Assembly: GCF_001194135.2 (NCBI RefSeq)
Contig: NC_068986.1
Span: 78,622,060-78,664,947 of the forward strand
Source of the DNA: Octopus bimaculoides
Lineage: Eukaryota
Reading direction: 5' to 3'
Length of the DNA: 42,888 bases
Below the pieces are notes generated by a model. The model worked only from the letters and a program-made list of their open reading frames with translations, ran no database searches and was not told the origin of the DNA. Shown here in pieces: positions 36,375 through 42,888 of the stretch (its first letter is position 1; each line of letters begins with the position of its first letter). A program made the translations under genes and the position numbers.

Positions 36375-37832
36375 TATCTTCTAACTGGAGACTTGACTCA
36401 AATGCTAACAGCATAAAGCTCCATAAAGGCGTCCGAGGGATATGTGGTGCTGTTAAACGGGGCTATTAAATCAGCTATATTTAACAAGTCGAGTTAAATT
36501 GCTACTTTTCGTTGGTTAATTATGGATACGTTAACTGATTAGTCTACAAGGCAGTCTCCTTACTCTTATAACCAACCATTGCTAAAAGTTCATAATAATA
36601 GCTAAACGAGTGTAAATACCTGGAAATAAGTCACATATTCCCAATGCTGCAACCCCGTGTGTTTATAGGCTAAGCGTGAAGGAGAATACCTGAAATATGA
36701 AAGATAGCTATAGGTTGTTGGAGTAAATTAGGCACTTTAAAAGTTTAAATGCAAGGCATGATTGTATATTATTCTACGAGCTTAACAACAAGAATATTTC
36801 TGTATTGAAAATAGGCCCAGCTTTTGGTTAAACGCTTGCCTATTGTCCTCAGTTTAAAACTTGAAATATACAAGTTGCGTGTTGCAGTTAAATTTCAAGT
36901 TTAATATCAAATACTAATTGCAACAAAATGATCAAATCCTGCTAAAAATGATTTACTTGTGTGCAATAGTTGTACACATATATTTGTTACATTTAATGGT
37001 TTTCCTCAGCCATTTTTCATTCCTACACCATCAAATCTTATTTTTTTTGGCGGGGTGTATTTCCTCATCGTATCCATATAGCTAACCCACCCAGTGATGG
37101 AGGAATACATTGAAAAATTGACTGTATGCTTCTATATATGCTTCACGTAACTGACCTGCTCATGCGCAGACTAACCACTCTATAAAGAAAGAATGCAGTC
37201 ACGAAATGCGAAAGAAGTGAAAGGATGTTTCCTGTGCACTTTATTTTCATGACGAATTTTGGGCCCGGTGTTAAAATAATCTTTATCTGGTTTGCAGTTG
37301 AAATTCATACCAAGCGGGAATATATTTTAAAGATAAAAATTTGTATTTTTCCGAATGAAAATAAGGAATGCACGTTTCTCCCTTGTTATTTACGATGTTA
37401 TTTGGCAGAGTCATCCGTTAAGCTTTTGCGATCACACAAGCTGAAGTTACACGCATGCCCATTTGAGGCTATGCTAACTTCGAGGTAGTTCTTTTTTTCT
37501 CTGTCTTTCAATTGCCAGTAATACTCTGTTAATGAAGTGGGGACGGTTTACTCCTGTACCGGAACACATGAATCGAGAGCTTGAATGAATTTTCGATTAG
37601 CATGATATATGACTTAATTTCATGCAGTAGCTTCAGTATCAGATCTGTAAACGAGCTTCTTCAAGAAGAATTTATTGCTAAGAGGGCAATTAATTATATT
37701 TGTACAGTTACATAAGTGCTGTTTTGGCTGCATAGTGTTTTTGGATACTTTATCGAGACTGAATTATTATCTAAACAACTAAACAACTATATCTTATTTT
37801 AAACCAATTTCCATGAAAAATTTTGTCGTATA

Positions 37833-38686
37833 TTTTTCTTTAGTTCATTCTCATTTTGTGTAGCAGCAATTCAGTACATTTTTATGATCAAAGAAAGACG
37901 AAACAAATGTCTGCATAGATAAAAACACACAATCGCGCGTGCACACGCGCAGGCTCACACAAACTCGGAGAGTCAGGAAAGTGTGTACTTAATAAAATTA
38001 GAAAATACCTAAAAAAATTTCAGGGATGATTATACTGAACAGATGGTGTCTATGTAAGATCGAATTAGCATCTTTCACTGTTTTTTTTTTGTATTGTATA
38101 TAGGCTGACAAAACTCGATATTTTTGCATTTCTATCTAGTTCATACTAAGTTCTACATACACGTATGAATTTCTAGAAATACAACAGGTATTAAATATTA
38201 ACTCATTTTAAAATTTCGTTAAGATTGTGAAATATCACATTTTTATAAGCGTGATTAAATTACATTCATAACGTTCTATGTCTTCGATTTTTTTTGTTGA
38301 TAGTCGTTTTAGTTATAAAAAAAATTGCCATACGTTCAATGTATTTCTACCGAAAGAGAATACCTACAAATTCATACTACTTTCAACTCACACCCTTTAG
38401 TCGTCTTAATAAGTTGTGGAGTTTGTTAAGGTTTATTTTTTTACTTTAATTATTAAATGTTTGCTTTAATATTTCATCGACATAAAAGATCGAAAAATGT
38501 AGGCCATATTTATTTAGATACCTTTGTGATTTCTTATTTAAAGAATAACATTTGCAAAAGGTAAGATTCTGCATATATTTTTGAAAACAATATGTTACAG
38601 CAGATGTTCACTTTCGGAAATTCCAACATTTGTCGGATTTTAATAAAGTTTCTATAAAAAATTATATTTTACAAAATATTAGCATA

Positions 38687-38742
<56 letters not shown>

Positions 38743-39674
38743 NNNNNNNNNNNNNNNNNNNNNNNNNNNNNNNNNNNNNNNNNNNNNNNNNNNNNNNNNN
38801 NNNNNNNNNNNNNNNNNNNNNNNNNNNNNNNNNNNNTATATATATATATATTCATAAATAGATACATACATACCTATATACATACCTATCGTATACATGT
38901 ATATATACTCGTATGTGGGTGTATGTATGTATGCACTTTTAAAATGCAGTCTTCGCTGAAGGCAGTTAACTTGAATCTGACATTCCCAGTCATACGGTTT
39001 CCCACTCATGGGTCTATCACTCGAAATATTTTGCATTCACTGTGAAAGTACTTAACAACCAAACTCCCAAGCCCCTTTTCAGAATTACATGAAACCGCAG
39101 CAAGATACCTCAATTAGATCATTCCTACTTGTAATCGATCAATTTCCTCAAATGATATTATTTTAGCAATCATGATAATCATACTCGTGCTTATACGAAA
39201 AGTATATCACGAATTACGGGATCTGCTACGGTGAAAAATTGAAATTTTGCTCACAGAATCTTCAACCTTAATTCTGTTTCCTGTAACATCATATAACATC
39301 ATATTTCTTCCTCTTATCTTCCGACAACTCACTGATTACTTTCACCGCCATGACTTGTTGGTTTGATGCATACATATACATACATACATGCATACAAAGA
39401 GACACACACCCATAATCACATATCTATATAGGCACATGTGCACGCATTTTTGTGTGAATGTGTGTGATATACATGCATGTATATATATATGCACCTTGAC
39501 ATACACAATCACTTAGGTGTATATATGCGTTTGAAGGTGTGTGTTTGTGTGAGCCTGCGCGTGTGCACGCGCGATTGTGTGTTTTTATCTATGCAGACAT
39601 TTGTTTCGTCTTTCTTTGATCATAAAAATGTACTGAATTGCTGCTACACAAAATGAGAATGAACTAAAGAAAAA
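37833..39674. repeat. Perfect 132-bp inverted repeat pair separated by 1578 bp
   Basis: 37833-37964 is base-for-base the reverse complement of 39543-39674. Confidence 0.95.
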
Positions 39675-40443
39675 ATATGTCTTCATAAAGAAATTCTCAT
39701 CTGTTTTGTTATTCTTATACGCTATATACATACATAAATACATACACACACGATGTTTTTTTTACCCGCAATTTTCTCCTTTGATTTTGTGTTTTCCTTC
39801 GTTCATCATTTTGTTCGTTTAACTGAAAGAATAATACGCCTATCAAGCTGAGTAATAATCATTATTCGCATCAACATTTTTATTTACTTCCCTTCAGATT
39901 ATTTACTTGTGATGAGGAAGGTAATTCTGCCTCTCTATGAACGTACTCCTGCTTATCTCATTTTTGTTGTCGCTGGGTTATATATCGCTATGTAATGTTG
40001 AGTTTTTCTTTCAAATGATGTGTGTTGAATATTGAGTACAAAGCAATTTAACATGGTCTATTGAGAAGCAACATGCAATTTTTCAACTAACGTTTATATC
40101 GCCATTACTTTCTTGCAGCTACGAGATAGATTACGATTTTTCAGACTTAGAGCTCTTCAATAGAATTTTACACGATAGTAATTTTCTTACGTGAAACTTA
40201 ATGGCATCATGATATCTGATATACTTTTACTAGAACTAACAGCATTTTTAGGATCAATAAAGATAAATTCACATTTTAAATTATTTTACTCACCATAGAG
40301 TAAGGAAAATGCAACCATTATGCGTAAGTTATACATTGCTGTATATATTATTCTATACATAACAAATGCAAAATCTGATATATAGGCTTACTCAATAGAA
40401 CTGTATATATGTGTTGTCTTTGGTAACATGCATAAACTGATTT

Positions 40444-40651
40444 CAAATTTTGACACAAAGCCAGCAATTTCGGGGAAGGGGCTCAGTTGATTAATCCTAC
40501 TCCAGTGCTCAACTGGTATTTATGTTACCGACTCCGAATGGAGGAAAGGAAAGTCGACCCCAGCGAAATTTCATCTCAGAATGTAAAGGCAGACGAAAAG
40601 TCGCAAAGCATTTTGCCTGGCGTACTAACGATTCTAGCCGCTTGCCGCCTT
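40444..40651 (-). mobile_element. tRNA-derived SINE of the same subfamily as 32992-33204
   Basis: CAAATTTTGACACAAAGCCAGCAATTT...AACTGGTATTTATG...GAAAGTCGACCCCAGCGAAATTT...GCTTGCCGCCTT. Confidence 0.85.
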
Positions 40652-41282
40652 ATAACATACATATATTAATAGATAATATATGAGCCAGCAACAGATTGTA
40701 CGTGGCTACTTGAAATTCTCGGAAAGAAGCCAAATCTCCCTAAAACTGCATCTCATAGAGCCTATTTATGACCACGTAACAAATAACTACTCTACGGCAA
40801 TGTCTAGATACACTGGTACGGGGAGTTGACGCTTTGTCCTAGATATACTCTTCTTGGGAAAAAGTTTGGTTAGTCAAGGGTGGAAGAGACGGAACAAATT
40901 CTTAAACTATAATACAAGGGACAGACATAACCCGGTTCAGCCTCTGCCCACATACAGTTATATGGCGTCAGTGAATTGTCTCCCTAGCAACAAATGCGTT
41001 TCGAAGGAGTTGGTTTATAGAATGGATGCACAAATCGGCAGCGGCCTGCAGCATACAGCATATTCACACATTTAGACAGGTAAAAACACAGTTCCACTAG
41101 GCCGTGAAAATATAAGGAATAAATTTTGTGTCCCTATTTAGAGCTACTTGTGACTAAACTAAGTCAAAGAGTAATAAAAAAGTTAACGAGAGATAAGTAA
41201 TCTACTAAATTTCACCTGCTGTTGTTATATCTAATGTGCCCATCTCTTTTCAAGAGGCAGCTTGTGAAATGGCGCTAATTCC

Positions 41283-41336
<54 letters not shown>

Positions 41337-41377
41337 ACGTGCATGTGTGTGTGTGTACAGATGTAATAGCTATCTGC

Positions 41378-41428
<51 letters not shown>

Positions 41429-41479
41429 CCTGTCTGTATGTTTGTCTGTCTGTCTGTATGTTTACTGTTTGTCTGTTTG

Positions 41480-41528
<49 letters not shown>

Positions 41529-41849
41529 TTATAGATATGGTGTGTTTAAGCCTGTTCAGTGACCTGTTACAATGGAGTTCTACGGCGCATAACATCGGGT
41601 GAATGGGTAAAACTCATGCATTTGAAGACAGCAATGGCAGAAGTAGTGCGTAAAGAATGAAGTGAGTTCTGACAGCATTAAAAGCAACAGTAAACTAAGT
41701 AGTAATAAACTGATAAATAGCGATAATAGGAGAATAAACAATAATAACAATAATGATAAAAATGATGATAATAAGAGTAAAAAGAAATATTATAACAACT
41801 ACAGAGTGGCAATAGCAAAGACATCAATAGTAACAAAAACAACAAATAT

Positions 41850-41982
<133 letters not shown>

Positions 41983-42271
41983 ATGTCTATAAAATAAAAT
42001 GATAAAATTTACAGCTAATAATAACACAAGTAAAATCAAAATATAAAATACAAAAGAAAATCAACAGAAGCACAAAAAAAAATGTCAAGTTAGCTATAAA
42101 TTACAATTCTAGCTTCATGGTAAGATTATAAGGAAGAAAAAGCAAAGTAGAATGAAGTATGAAATTAAGTTTGGCAAAAACAATTAATATCTAAAACTCT
42201 GTTGATGCAATCTGCTTATTTTATACTACATTTATTTATTTCTGTTTTAAAAATAGTAAGAATGTGTGTGC

Positions 42272-42359
<88 letters not shown>

Positions 42360-42580
42360 TATACATGTATATATATGCATACATGTATATATATATATAC
42401 ATATATATATATATACATATATATATATGTATATATACATATAGATATATATATATTTATATATACATATAATACATATTTACATATACACATATACATA
42501 TATACGCATATACATATACACACATATATATGAGTGTATATATATCTGTATATATCTATATATGTATATATCTATATATA

Positions 42581-42613
<33 letters not shown>

Positions 42614-42888
42614 CTATCTATGTATCTATTTATCTATCTATTTATGTAAAGATTTTAATACCTTGTGTGAGAGCTAACGTTTGAACTCAGTATATATCAA
42701 TATTAATATAAATAGTAAATATAGTAAGAATGTAAGCAAGAAGCGTATGTGTGCTTATGTAAATAAATATATGTATATTTTTAACTTTATTATTTTTCTG
42801 TTTATTTATTCCTGTCTTTAAAAGCAGTAAGAATTAAGTAAGAAGTGTACATGTGTGCATATATAATATATATATATATATATATATA

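Overview
This is AT-rich, microsatellite-dense metazoan DNA with many short N gaps next to simple repeats. The SINE and LINE families present look like octopus or coleoid cephalopod repeats; that assignment rests on my recall of those families, not on a search. I cannot support any intact protein-coding gene, and nearly all listed ORFs are microsatellite, gap or low-complexity artefacts. There is one weak candidate exon (35565-35731, minus). The window reads as a large intron or intergenic block full of mobile-element remnants: two tRNA-derived SINE families (6 copies or fragments), two RTE-like LINE 3' ends with tandem C2H2 fingers, two R4/Dong-clade RLE-LINE remnants, a CR1/L2/Jockey-type ORF2 fragment fused to one Dong end, a Penelope-like RT scrap and a Tc1/mariner end. 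The less expected structures are: four long inverted repeats (one perfect 132-bp pair); a minisatellite whose core overlaps kappaB-, STAT- and ETS-like motifs; a decayed ORF-like region beside it with a codon-conserved local paralogue; a frameshifted 23-aa STPR-like repeat ORF; a SINE with twin-priming-like geometry; and a cryptic ~28-bp array. None of these establishes a new biological system by itself.
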